This document shows positions 50,201 to 63,128 of a DNA stretch of 64,000 nucleotides, in pieces. A model generated the notes under the pieces. That model worked only from the letters and a program-made list of their open reading frames with translations, was not told where the DNA came from and did not search any database. The first letter of the stretch is position 1; each line of letters starts with the position of its first letter. The position numbers were made by a program, and so were the translations under genes. The stretch spans positions 18,228,001 through 18,292,000 of the forward strand of contig OZ193909.1 of the NCBI GenBank assembly GCA_964276515.1, read 5' to 3'. The DNA is from Gordius albopunctatus (taxonomy: Eukaryota).

Positions 50201-53200
50201 CTGGAGCTTTTAACGTTCGCAAAGCCCCGTCGGTGGAGTTGTTAAATTGCTAACCTTCTTCAAACTCCAGACGCGAGCACGCACACTGATTTGCTTAATA
50301 TGCGCGTTAGCACAATATGTGCTCGCTTTTGGTGCATTAGACAGAGCAGTAGCATATAAAATGCTCGAGGGCCGAGCAGATGGTAGCTGGAGTTGAAGAA
50401 AGTCAGCAATATAACAACTCTAGTCGGTGTTATCTACTTATAGAGACATAGAGTTGTCTATAATTGAATTCAAAATGGTAGTGCACAAGTAATGGTTTGT
50501 AATTAATTTATTGTTTCATCTTAATTAAGTAAAGTTCAAGGTAACATTATAAATCAAATAAAGTTAGAGCCGATAGGATAGCAATGAATCTCTCGTACAT
50601 TATTAACTTGATCTAGAATAGACTTAAGCCTCTGCCATACAGTAGTGACATGTATGGCTATGGTATTATCTAATTAGAATAGTGCTACCTTTATGATTTG
50701 GATATCACTTTGTTCACATTCCTTCTTACTATATTTGAATACGCATTATTTATACTCCTCCTTATTTTATTCACAATCATTATAATTTGAATAGCCCCCA
50801 ACTACCTTACGAGTTATTCATATTAACCTCTTTACAATGGTATATAAGCTAAGATCTATTATTTAATTAGGAGGAGAGATACAAATAGAAAGTTATTATA
50901 CATTGAGTTGGCTAACAAGTCCCGACTGCACACAGACCACTTTTGTTGACCCCTGTAAACGGGCGCCATAATGTAATCGTTGCTACGACATCTCCCAGCT
51001 TCTCCGTCATGCGGTAAGCCAATGCTACCAGGAATTAAAATTTAAATTAAATATGAACGGTTAAAGAAAGCCATGTGGTTAGTAATTAAAAAAATAACAC
51101 TATGACCCATGAAACATATAATGTGAATTGGTCTTCGTACAAATAAACTTCTTGATAAAAAATTAGATGCTATAATGTAATACATTGCTGATAGTATGGA
51201 GGTATGTTAAAATAAAAAATGTACTAATCATGAAAAGCGTTTAAAGCAAGTTTTAAGCTAATAGACCTTTACATTTTACATAAGAAATAAACTTGAATTA
51301 AGTATCAAAATATTAGCTTAATGCTTAGAATAATCATGAGGTAAATAAATATTTACTTTGTTGTTGAAATGTTAGAGAATTATTACAAGATACAAGGTCT
51401 CAAAAGTTATGCTTTGTGACACTATAGGAACAAATTACATAAGTTAAAAGGATAAAGGTTGATAATATTACTTATGGCCTAGCTCGTGTGCAATTGTGTT
51501 AGCATAGCTATCAAATGTGGCTCGAACGATGGCGACCGAATATTCGCCGCAAACTGATCCTACAGTGGCATAGCCTGTCGCAAATTATAGAAAACTTTAC
51601 TCATACACATATTCGAAATAATATAAACTCTCATTTCTCATCTCACTTAATTGCAAGGCAAAATATAAAAAGTCAGCAGTCACATTACATTGTAGTATTG
51701 TAAAAACAGCCAGGTATGGTTTTAGTCGACTAAACATAAATAGACCCAAGATTTTTTGGTCGGATTTTCTTAGTAGACCTCTAGGCTTAGTCGAAATTTA
51801 AAAAACAGACCAGAGCAGAGTCGACTTTTAGTCATAGTTGAAACAATGGGCTACCAAACAAAACCCAGTCGTTTTTACAACGCTACTACATTGTTATGGT
51901 AAAACGGCTAAATTATTAGTCAGTAGAAAAATAATCAAAAAGGATGAATGTCCTTATTATTGAATTGGCAAAGCTCTGTTAAAATAAAATTCAGGGTAAA
52001 CATCAAATATAATCACCTCTGAGAATTCCCGATATGCGACCTTTATAATCTCTTCCATAAAATGATGACCTGAATAAACATGAAATGTAAAAATCACATA
52101 TTATTATAGACAGCCATTAAAATGTAGTAAATACTAAGACAAATACTATAGTATTTATTGATAACACATGTTAAATCACAACAACAATTATATATGTACA
52201 CTAGGAATACAATATCATCAATAACACTATATTACAATACTCCCCCATAAGATTAATATTCATCGTCGAATCTTTTTGGTGGTTGTCTACGTCGTTGTTT
52301 TTATTATTATCATGAACTTTTGTAATTTTATTAATTTCTTCATGTGTTATATCTCTATCTTTATCTACCACTTCATTTGAGGCTCTCTCAAAGCTAAGTG
52401 CCAATTCAAATACAGTTTTAAATTTTAACTTTTCATTTCCATCTTTACCATCAGGAAATCTTATTCTTATTTCATTTTCTAATCTACTATTATTTAACCC
52501 TAACAAAAACCCATCCCTTAACATCTCATCTTCTTCCTTATACTCACACAAGATAACCAAGGACTTTAATTTTTGTGAGAAATCTTCAACTGACTCATTT
52601 TTCCTCCTAGCCCTTAAGAATTGTAATCTATAAAAAAAAATCGAGTTTTTACTTCCAAATAACAAAAGTAATTCTTTTTTTAAATCTTCATAAGTGCTAT
52701 CCTCTATTTTTTTAGGGTAAATTTTATATTTTAACCTTTTCAAATTCGGAAGTCCAAGGAATGTGATGAGATATTTTTTTTTGTTCGCAAGCGTAACTCC
52801 TTTGATATCCATGGCACTTTCTAGTACCATTATCCAGTCCTCTATTTCCATTAGGTCGGAGAAATCATCCTATCGACCGCGCCATTTATAGTATTTATTG
52901 ATAACACATGTTAAATCACAACAACAATTATATATGTACACTAGGAATACAATATCATCAATAACACTATATTACAAATACTATTAAACTAATTAAGAAA
53001 AGTTTATTTGCAGGGAGCTTGGGATATTATATTTTGGTGAATAAATAGTTTAAAAGGAAATAAATGTTTATTACTGTCTTTTCTTAAATATTATATATAT
53101 TTAACGACTACATCTTAATATTTATAAATTCATGAGACTTGGATTTAAGTATCAGCTTTATATTATAATAGAGTAGGCAAGAATGACGTACAAATTTTTA

Positions 53201-55442
53201 ACGATAGCCAACACTATGCATTAAATTACTAAATTGATTTTACTGGAGATCGAACTTTAAATGAATTTTGTTGAACTTTACAACTTTCCTATGGAATTAC
53301 TTCATTAAAAAGACAGCCGAATGCCATCTCTTGGAAGCCGGTAATCTGACTAACTTGTCATGAGCAAATCTTTTGAATATTGATAGTAATGTATCCACAT
53401 TATAACTTCTATATTCCTAAAGAGCGCATAAATATAAACAAAATTGCATTTTAAAATAAAAATAAATTTGTAAAACAATAAAATCATGTAGATTGACCTC
53501 AAAATAAATATATAAATTACTCGGATAGTTTCATAGTAGACAACTTCAACGTTCACTCGAATTCCTAAAGAAGGATTTGAGTAATAAGAGTTGACCTAAT
53601 GGAGAGAAAGATAATTGTACTTTAATTTAAAATCATTTTTTTTTATTAATATCTAAATTGTATTTTACACCAGCATTTTTAAAAATTATTATAATATTTT
53701 AACTTTTTTAAAATTTATTAAAAGCCATGCACACTTGAGCTAATATCTCTCTGAGTTTTGCTTTGTCCAGCCCAGCAGTTCCTTCTACAAAAAATGCCAC
53801 CTTCAAATGCAATTGTCGATTGTAATTCTGACTGATTAAGGCTTTTGAATCAACTTCAATAAGGTCCGGCTTAAGGTAATTAATTACGTCTAGAAATCAA
53901 ATTAAATTTCTTTAAAGTTATAATTATAAATTATCGCTCAAATATATTGGTAAAAAAGCACCAGATGACATTCAAACAGGAATAAAAAATGAATGAAATA
54001 TAATCTTAAATTAACTGAATACGATAAAAATATTATAAACGTGCCCTTTATGCATAGGCGTAGCCAACTTTGAAATTAGAGGGGGGAGCAATAATGATCT
54101 AGGAAGGAGTAAAATGATCATATTTTGAAATGTTATCCATAATTGTAATAAATTTCAAAAAATTTTTGGATTTATAAAGGGTCAGCCTCTCTTCCCTGTC
54201 CCCCCAGCTACGCCCATGCTTTTATTTTATGAGTATGGATGCATGAGTCACTTAACACCCCTTAGGTCAGTATGAGCCTTAGACTTAGAGTTATGCAAAA
54301 TGAATTTTCTCCCGGCTCGACCCGAGCGGCCCCACCCAAGACAGGCCAAGTATTTAATTTTAGCAAAAATAAAAACTATATTAAAGGCAGGGATAGCCCA
54401 TGTTTGAGTTGCAAAATTATTGTTTCAACATTAAATTAGTCGCTTACCCTCATCAGATATATCAGAAACGTATAAATCATTGTGGTCTCCAGTGGTGGGT
54501 AAAGTATATTTAGCTAGAACTAACTCTTTAACCAAGGGATTAATATTGCTAACATTTTGGTTCAAGTTATCTAATATAGTAGCCATTAGAATTGGATTAT
54601 CATTATTGATTTGGAGAATGTGTTCAAAAAGATCTCCTCCATTGAAGCTATCACCAGAAACTCCATATGAGGGGTGAAATTGCATTTTGTAAACACTGGA
54701 TCCCAATACTAATACTCCATTCTAAATGGGTAACAATAGCGTAATTAATTATAAAAAATTTAGATTATTATATTTTTAAAATATCTTTAAATAAGTAATT
54801 TTAAAACTTAAACCCTTTTTTTGTTACAATATTATATATTTATATAAAATAAGAGATTATTTAATAGATTATATTTATTTTGTCTTAAAATGATTATTCT
54901 TTTTTTAGTTTTAAACCAAAAAGTGGCTGACTTACGAGATCTGTGCAAAATGAGATGAGAAAATGACTTCCTGGTATGTCCTTTAAGTGTCCGGAAAAAA
55001 GACAAGAAATGTTTGGGTTATCTTTCAATTGGGGATAGACCGTTGTTATATCACTGTCCATTATCAATTCCAATATTGTGCCATCAACTTCGATTTTTAA
55101 ATTTTCCAATTCTTGTCGGGCCCTAAATAATGGTTCATCTAAGACAAAAATAATTAAAAACATAAATATTTTCATAAATAAATATACTAGTGTGTTTTAG
55201 ATTAATATTTAACGTAAATAAAAATAATGTTTAATGGAAAATTAATTTATTACCACCGAGATCTAAAATCCCTTCTTGGAAAATTGGCTTTACTTCATTC
55301 TTCTAAAAAGTGAAATTTTTAGAAATAAAATTGCAAATTATAAATACATACCTGAAATGGGTTTTTAGAAAGCGAACTTAAATTGATAGTCACCGCTAAG
55401 AGAAATAGCTCTGTGAGAAATTTTGAAGCCAGTTTAGGCGAC
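47221..55442 (-). CDS. Secreted ADAMTS-like zinc metalloprotease (M12B); 5' exon(s) unresolved
   Basis: Phase-consistent exons 55442-55352, 55302-55254, 55138-54936, 54721-54448, 53889-53735, 53595-53521, 53416-53301, 52069-52017, 51574-51472, 51024-50902, 48843-48630, 47869-47759, 47668-47463, 47345-47312 and 47229-47221; HELGHNIGLPHD, Met-turn IMAP, WSVCS, ACQIRFG, NGTICG..KMC. Confidence 0.88.
48169..48625. mobile_element. hAT MITE at an exon/intron junction
   Basis: TIR CATGGGCGTAG / CTACGCCCATG, perfect TSD tcacctgc. Confidence 0.95.
49152..50083. mobile_element. Non-autonomous hAT element
   Basis: 8-bp TSD cctacaac, subterminal CGGGT(C/T) repeats, right end GCAGGACTCTA; left TIR damaged. 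Confidence 0.7.
50229..50428. mobile_element. Small MITE with about 40-bp TIRs
   Basis: gagttgttaaattgctaaccttcttcaaactccag is inverted against ctggagttgaagaaagtcagcaatataacaactc. Confidence 0.6.
51693..51885. mobile_element. hAT MITE
   Basis: TAGTATTGTAAAAAC / GTTTTTACAACGCTA, 7/8 TSD ttacattg/ctacattg. Confidence 0.75.
52147..52976 (-). mobile_element. 830-bp Gag-only LTR retrotransposon
   Basis: Identical 90-bp LTRs (52147-52236, 52887-52976), 5-bp TSD aatac, PBS TGGCGCGGTCGATAGGA, PPT GGGGGAG, single ORF. Confidence 0.92.
52201..52851 (-). CDS. Retrotransposon Gag capsid-like protein (216 aa)
   Basis: W..LE...YEDLK..L..F...R..NESVEDF..KL..L...CEY...MLRD....GL pattern of Ty3/Gypsy capsid; no zinc knuckle. 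Confidence 0.8.
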   Translation of the reverse strand: MEIEDWIMVLESAMDIKGVTLANKKKYLITFLGLPNLKRLKYKIYPKKIEDSTYEDLKKELLLLFGSKNSIFFYRLQFLRARRKNESVEDFSQKLKSLVILCEYKEEDEMLRDGFLLGLNNSRLENEIRIRFPDGKDGNEKLKFKTVFELALSFERASNEVVDKDRDITHEEINKITKVHDNNKNNDVDNHQKDSTMNINLMGEYCNIVLLMILYS

Positions 55443-58400
55443 CTAATGAAAAAAATTAATTGTTTTAAATTTAATTATGATTCATTCCTGATAAAATTCG
55501 TTAAATTTAGGTAGTGATTAAAAACAAAAATTAGAAAAACCATAAATTAGTGTTACAAACTATTTTTTTTTACCAAATGTCTTGAAGCGTTAGTTTTTCA
55601 CTATGTATAGGGTATAAAAAACTTGTTTAGGTTAATTTGTTCAGGAAAGTTAATTTTAAAATTTTTTATACAATAAAATTATTAAAAATGATTTGCAAAT
55701 TAACAAACTATCAGTATCATGAGATTACCAGTAAGATGACGTTTTTATAAATACAAATTGTTACACTAAATAGATGAACAAGCCCCAGGCTAATATATAT
55801 AAAGATAAAGGCAATTAAACTTCAAACAACTACATCATTATTACCTCTTTTTCCACGAACCAATATCAACTTATTCAATGTTTGACAAGTCTTAACTAAA
55901 TTTAACTTTTGTACGTGTATTTAAATAACAAAAATTTGTAGAAGGAAGGGATTTATCATTACTACTTGTCAATTAATTCAAATCATCAAGCTTTTAATAC
56001 AAATTTAGTAACTTGTAGTATATAAACATGGGGGTAGCCAGCATCCGAATTAGAGCTAATGATTTAGGGAAAGGCAAAATGATCATTTTTTGAAATTTTA
56101 GCCTTAATTTTAATAAATTTTAACAAATTTTTGGATTTAGAGGGGGGGCAGCCGCTCCTCCCTGCCCCTCTTAGCTACGTTCATGAGTATAATAGAGAAA
56201 CCCATTGTATGCGATTAAATTGTCTAAATTTTATAGTACAAATAGCGTGGCTCATGCTTAATATTATGATGATATAACCATTATATGCTTAAACTTATAT
56301 TCCTATGAATTTCTTATAAATTTAAAGAAAATCTACAATTATATTTATAAAATTGTTGTCTAGATTCTTGTTAAGAGCATTTTAACTTTACATGAAATAG
56401 TGATCCCTGAAATAATAATATTTTTTTTTGTAAAACTCATGGTTTATTATTGCCGAAAATATTTGAAAGTGTTCGATCGCAAAATATAACATATCGTCAA
56501 AACTAGCCTAAAATAGTTTGTCGATATATTAAAATATTCACAAAAATTATAAATTTATATTTTACATGCAAATATTAGATTTAATGTTTAATTAATCGCA
56601 AGGAATTTTAACAAGAATTAGGTTAAATTAAATTAAAAAAAAGATCAAAAATTGTTGTTAAGATGTATTATTGCAAACTATTTTAAATTTTGTAAAACTT
56701 TTTAACTCTGCTATACAAACAACATCACATGGTGTTTATTTTAAAACTCATTGATAATTAAAGTCGGTGCAAAATATATGACCGGAAAAAGATTAATTTC
56801 ATTTTAGCTTTTTTAATTTTTGTGTTAATATTTAAAAATATAAATAAATTTTTTAAATTAACCATTTCCCTATAAAAATTAAAATAAAATATTAAGATCT
56901 TACATTGGTAGAATGCAAATGATAGGGATTATTTCCTTAGGAAAATTTTGATGGATATTAAAAAAACGAGATATAGAAAATTGGTATTAAAAAAAGTGAA
57001 AAATTTTCCTTCAGGTATCAGTAGAAAATTTATTTAGTATACAAAAAATTTTAGGACACATTAGTAATTATTGATATTATTTTTTATAAAATTAGAAAAT
57101 AATTAATAACACACGCTTTTACAAATACGTATGTCATAATTTTATGCCCCGCGGCTAAATCTAATATCAATAACTCTGTACGTGGAAATCATAATAAAAT
57201 TATTATTGGAATCAAACTTAAACAATAACAGACACGAAGCTTTTCTTCGAATTAAAAAATCACGAATTCAAAACAATAATTAGAATTGTTGATTAAAAAA
57301 CTGATTCTGGTCAGAAAGTAACATTGAATCAACAAATTAAAAAACGTAATGATGGGGGGGGGGGCGATATGCTTGAAGTGTTTGCTAAATCTCATCATAT
57401 TTAACCCTCTAATCGTTTTGGGGTATAATTAATTGATAACTAATAAGCAATTTATACAATTTGATTAATTACTGATGTATTCGATAACTTTAAAGCGGAG
57501 TGTGGGATGTGGGAACAAAATATAATATGAACTTCTCGATGTTTTGCTCTAAACCCTTATGAGCCTCCCCCTACCTGACCCCCTTTGGTTCCCAGGGCAA
57601 TTTAATGTTTTTAGATTGGAAGTTTATAGATTCTATAAAAACAACTCGGGCATTCGGCCCTCGTGGGAATGGGAGTAGGGGAAGAGAAGGGGGGAAGGGA
57701 AGGGGGAACTCATCTATACTCAGTATAAAAGTAGCATATTTGCTATGCAATTTATGGGCGAGAAAGATGGGAAGGGCGAGAATGCCTATAGGAGGATGGG
57801 GGGGGGTATTAAATGCAAAATAATTGGACTGACGGGCATAGGGTAAATATCAATGGTAACCAATTTTAAAAAAACGAAAAAAAAATTTCGAATCACAAAT
57901 TTGGCCAACGGTCATTTTTTTCAAATAGATAATAATATAATAACATCTTCAAGATTTGCCATAGATTCTTTCCAAAGTTTAACGTTCAAAACATCTTTGT
58001 TTATGACATTTTGAACCAAGGGTAGCAATTTAAACCTGGGCTTCACGAACGGAACAAATTTTTTTGGGAGTCTCATCGCCTTTATCTTTGTTAATAAGTA
58101 AAAAAAATTCGTCCCTTATTTTTGAAAAACCTCACCCAAAATGGTGATCTAATTGACTTAATAAATATGCACTATGGAAGAAGGAATAATGAGAAACTTA
58201 AAGAATTATTTCTTCATAAGTTTAACGTTTAATTATATAACAAAATGAAAAGGGATTAAATGTTAATATACGCAATAAACATGGCACCGGCAATTTGCGA
58301 CCCGATGTTATTTTTAAGCATTAATATAGTGAATTAATATCATTTCTCAAATCTATAAGGAAAAATATAATATTAATCAAATGAAACGTTTAAATGTATA

Positions 58401-59394
58401 TATCGCTCGCACCCAGCAAATAAGCTTGGTTTGGCGCAAATATTACTTGTATATTTATTAAGCCCTAATCATGCTTTCAAGCATGTAATGGCTGCAATAT
58501 ATATTTATTTTAACAACCATATTTTTTAGCTAGCAAAATTATTTATAATATTTAGAGGTAAATGTAATTAAATAATTCAACATGAATTCAACATAAATAT
58601 TTGGTCGGATTAGTTATGTAACAGATGTTTGTTAAATACGATTGCCGTCCTTGACTCATAAAAAACCCCGAGCCTTGCCGACAGCTTGTATATGGTCAGG
58701 CGGGCACCTCAAGAGTATTCGGACTTAATAAACTTTTCTTTAATTTTTATTTACTTTATTTTGGCGTAATATTTGTTTTGGCTTTGATATTTAAGGGGAA
58801 AAAATATAGAGAATTTATTTAGTCGCTATTTGTGAATTTACAGTAAAAACTAAGCTTAAGCCAGAAGTGCTAAAGGATAGCGTAAAAGGATTATCTTTCT
58901 AGAAAATTCGAAATCTTAAATAAGTTTAAATTACAAATTATTTTATTGAAATCAAATTAATAATTACCTTTTGTGAATTTAAAATGATGCGCGCTGTATT
59001 CATTGTTAATGACTAAGTTTGTAGATGGTGTATTGGAAATATAGAAATGAGTATTTAAAAATTTACAAAGTCATCCTCTCTATACGATTTATCCGTTTCC
59101 CTCTGAAAACCCATTAAATTCCAAGGTTGAGTAATTAAAGTAAGATTAAGTTATTGGGGGAAGGGGGTACTCGAGAGTTTTTTCGATCTATTTTTATTTC
59201 AGTGTAGCTATTGGGGAAAGCGGGTTCTCGAGAGTATGTTTTTGGGGGGCATTAATTAGGGTTAACAAATAACCTACCAAAATTAATTTAGCGATAACAA
59301 ATATTATTTTTTTAATTTGAAAAGGTGCCTAACATTGAGAAATATGTATTTATTAAATTACTATTAAATAAAAAATAGGTAAAATAGCTGATAT

Positions 59395-59790
59395 AAGATG
59401 GTACTCGGACTATGATATTTGCTTGAGCAGCGAGAAAGGTGTCATTCCAAATAGTTAAAGATTTTTTAAAGGGAACTTCCCATTTGACGTTAAAGTAAAA
59501 AACGTTTAGTAATAGCATCCTGTTTAAACTATTAGGTACGGGTGCAGATAAAACACGGTCAATTAAGCTGTTTGGTCAAGAACCCATGTATTTATGATAT
59601 TTCTAGCTGTCTCTACATTTTCCTCTTCGAAATTGAGGGATTCAGTTTGTGCAGCATAATACTTCTCTAAATCTTTAACGAATTTTGGGTGAACCGCAAA
59701 TTTTTTGTCTAAAAACATTTTGGTGACCCAAGCAATTGTAGTAGATTCTTCGTAATCTTTCAAATCCTTAAAATCTTGATGCATCTCTGG
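59395..59790 (-). pseudogene. Serpin gene fragment
   Basis: KFVKDLEKYY.A..ESLNF...ARNIINTWV..QT / frameshift near 59565 / LIDRVL...MLLLNVFYFNVKWEVPF; no other serpin exons recognised. Confidence 0.8.
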
Positions 59791-59839
59791 GGGGGGGGGA
59801 ATGTCGACGTTTTAGATCATTACAACGGTCTTTAAATAC

Positions 59840-60157
59840 ATACGAGTCAAAAAAAACGAAAATTGGCCAATGGTCATTTTTTTCCATTTGTCAGTACCCA
59901 GAGATGGTCTATAAATACATACGAGTAAAAAAAAAGAAAAATAAATTTCGATTTACATTTTGGCCAATGGTCATTTTTTCCATTGGTTAGTACCAACAGA
60001 TACTCTATAAGTCAATGATAGTCAAAAAAAACGGAAAAAAATTTCGATTCACAATTTGGCCAATGGTCATTTTTACCATCGGTCAGCAGCCAGCGGACGG
60101 CCAAAAAGTCATAATAGCAATGGTAGTAACAGGAAAAATCATAAAAATTGCATAGCA

Positions 60158-60188
<31 letters not shown>

Positions 60189-63128
60189 CCAATTCAAAAA
60201 CGAAAAAAAAATTTCGAACAAAATTTGGCCAATGGTCATTTTTTCAATGGTCAGTAGCCAGAACACGGTCAAAAAGTCATATTATCAATGGTATTAACAA
60301 GAACAATATATTAATTTAATTAAAAAAATATAAAATTTTGTCCTCTCCGGGTCTCGAACCAGTAATTTAGAACGTTCGCTGGGATTCAAACCCACATTAA
60401 ATAGAGGCATAAGCCTTTGAGGGGGAACAGGGAACCATATCAATATAGGCATATGTCCTTGTAGGGGAGGGCATAGTAGTGATGGGGAAATAGCGTTTTT
60501 AAGGAGCTAAAGCTATAGCACATAGTCACTTTAAGTGCTATAAGCTATAGGAGATGGGAGGTTTGAGGTGCTATAAGCTATAGGAGATGGGAGGTTTGAG
60601 GTGCTATAAGCTATAGGAGATGGGAGTTTGAGGTGCTATGTGCTATAGGAGATGGGAGGTATGAGGTGCTATGTGCTATAGGAGATGGGAGGTTTGAGGT
60701 GCTATGTGCTATAGGAGATGGGAGTTTGAGGTGCTATGTGCTATAGGAGATGGGAGGTTTGAGGTGCTATGTGCTATAGGAGATGGGAGTTTGAAGTGCT
60801 ATGTGCTATAGGAGATGGGAGTTTGAGGTGCTATGTGCTATAGGAGATGGGAGTTTGAGGTGCTATGTGCTATAGGAGATGGGAGTTTGAGGTGCTATGT
60901 GCTATAGCCGATTGCACTTAAATGCGCTACTCCTATAGCACCGGCGCTAACACTGGGAATAATTTCAATGAAAACAATAGAGTTAATATGAACTTGTGTG
61001 TAATCTAATAAACAATTTTCCATTAAAAATATATTGTTCGAAAAAACAAAATTAAAAAAGGGTGTTATTTAACTGCTAAGTAAATAATTACAAATTGCTA
61101 AGTAATTTATGCTAAGTATTTTAAATTATAAATTTTAAACAAAATGTTTAATATTTAAAAAAATACTTTTTTTCAATCGGGGAGGGGGGGGGGTTAATTC
61201 AAAACCTAGTTATGCCCTACCCTACCCCATGTTTTTGGGAATAAAAAAATTAAACTCCCCCTTCCCTTAAGTTAATCCATATCCCATCAGGGCGATTATG
61301 TTTCAATCAAAAGGAAAACCTAAGAGTAAGAAGAGTGAACTTTAATGCGTACTCAGATCTCAGCTCAGAGTCTGAGTACGCATACTCACTCATGGCATGT
61401 TATTTTTATTCAGTCAGTGATAAAAAGAAAATTAATTTTTCGCTCTCATCTTTAATATCTTTATCCTTTTCTTCAACTCAACATAAAAATATTAATTTTA
61501 TGAAAAATAATTATTAACCTGGCTACGACTAGCCCCGGTCACCTCAACATAAAACTTATGTTAAGAATATTTAAAAAAGGTTATGGTTGGTCACTAATTA
61601 ATAACCAATATAAATCCGACTTAAATAACAAATTTAATCTTTAAGTGTAATATTTCCAATGTGTTTTATATCAGCCGGTTAAAGTACTTATTTTATGTTA
61701 CATTTGGGAAATATAATAAAAGATTTCCCAAGTGAGATATCTTTATCAACGTCTATATGAAAACACACTCGTTAAAAATCACAAACTACGATAACTTTAT
61801 TTTCGACCATTTCGCATTATATATATATTAGTTATATTGATAAATATAATAAAACAGGCAAATATTTTGTTAATTATTGACGTAGATTCCTTTCCAGCTA
61901 TTCATGCATAGCATTTGGTTTAAGGAAGTTGGAGATAACCGTGACCTTTTCTTGGTAATTATGACTCAGCTCAGACTTAGACAGTCTCAGTCTGAGTACG
62001 CAAACGCATAAAAATTCACTCAATAGTACTGTTTTCCTTTTAATTGAAACATATTAACTAAAGGAAAGGGGGAGTTTAATTTTTTTATTCTCAAAAACAT
62101 GGGCGTAGGGCATAACTAGGTTTTGAATTAAGGGGGGGGGGCAAACGGTTAAAATAAAAGTTGAATTAGGGAGGGGCTAAATAAAAAAAAATTATTAATT
62201 TGTAAGGGTTTTTTTACATTAGAAAAATTTTTTTTCCGTCATTCAGAGGGGGGCGGGGCGACTTATTGATAAAATAAATGTAGAAGCAATGCAAAATAAA
62301 ATTAAAGTCATACATTTAATTAAATATTTATATTAAAATAAGTCGTAGTTAGATGGTAAGATAGGGCAAAAAAATTATATTCAGATGTATTTTAATATTT
62401 AATAAAAACAAAATAAACAATTAAAAAAATTATTCCCAGTGTTAGCGCCGGTGCTATAGGAGTAGCGCATTTAAGTGCAATCGGCTATAGCACATAGCAC
62501 CTCAAACTCCCATCTCCTATAGCACATAGCACCTCAAACTCCCATCTCCTATAGCACATAGCACCTCAAACTCCCATCTCCTATAGCACATAGCACCTCA
62601 AACTCCCATCTCCTATAGCACATAGCACCTCAAACCTCCCATCTCCTATAGCACATAGCACCTCAAACTCCCATCTCCTATAGCACATAGCACCTCAAAC
62701 CTCCCATCTCCTATAGCACATAGCACCTCATACCTCCCATCTCCTATAGCTCATAGCACCTCAAACCTCCCATCTCCTATAGCTCTAGCACCTCAAACCT
62801 CCCATCTCCTATAGCTTATAGCACTTAAAGTGACTATGTGCTAGTAGACATAGCGTATTTAATAGGCTATTCCCATCAGCGGGGAGGTGCTAAGCGCGCT
62901 AGTGCTAAGCGTTTTCCCACCACTAGGGCATAGGGTAATTATCAATGTTAAACTATTCAAAAACGAAAAATTAAAATTTCGATTTATTTGGCCAGTGGTC
63001 ATTTTTCTCATTGGTCAGTAGCCTGCGGACGGTCAAAAAGTCATATTATTAATGGTATTAACAAGAACAAAATATTAATTTAATTTAAAAAAAAATAAAA
63101 AAATTTTGTCCTCTCAGGGTCTCGATCC
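59840..63128 (+). repeat. Direct-repeat family with core TTGGCCAATGGTCATTTTT
   Basis: Copies near 57900, 59863, 59960, 60056, 60225 and 62988; about 170-bp direct repeat 60190-60360 / 62955-63128. Confidence 0.8.
60477..62925. mobile_element. Foldback-like non-autonomous hAT with inverted minisatellite arms
   Basis: Termini TAGTGATGGG / CCCACCACTA, perfect TSD gggcatag; 32-33-bp unit GTGCTATGTGCTATAGGAGATGGGAG(G)TTTGAG, about 11 copies (60535-60907) and about 10 inverted copies (62485-62825). Confidence 0.9.

Noticed and set aside
60340..60395. B-box-like motifs (also near 63115)
   Set aside because: No matching A-box or cloverleaf; part of a repeat unit
60535..62825. CRISPR-like appearance of 32-33-bp repeats
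   Set aside because: Units are contiguous with no unique spacers; eukaryotic context; no cas genes
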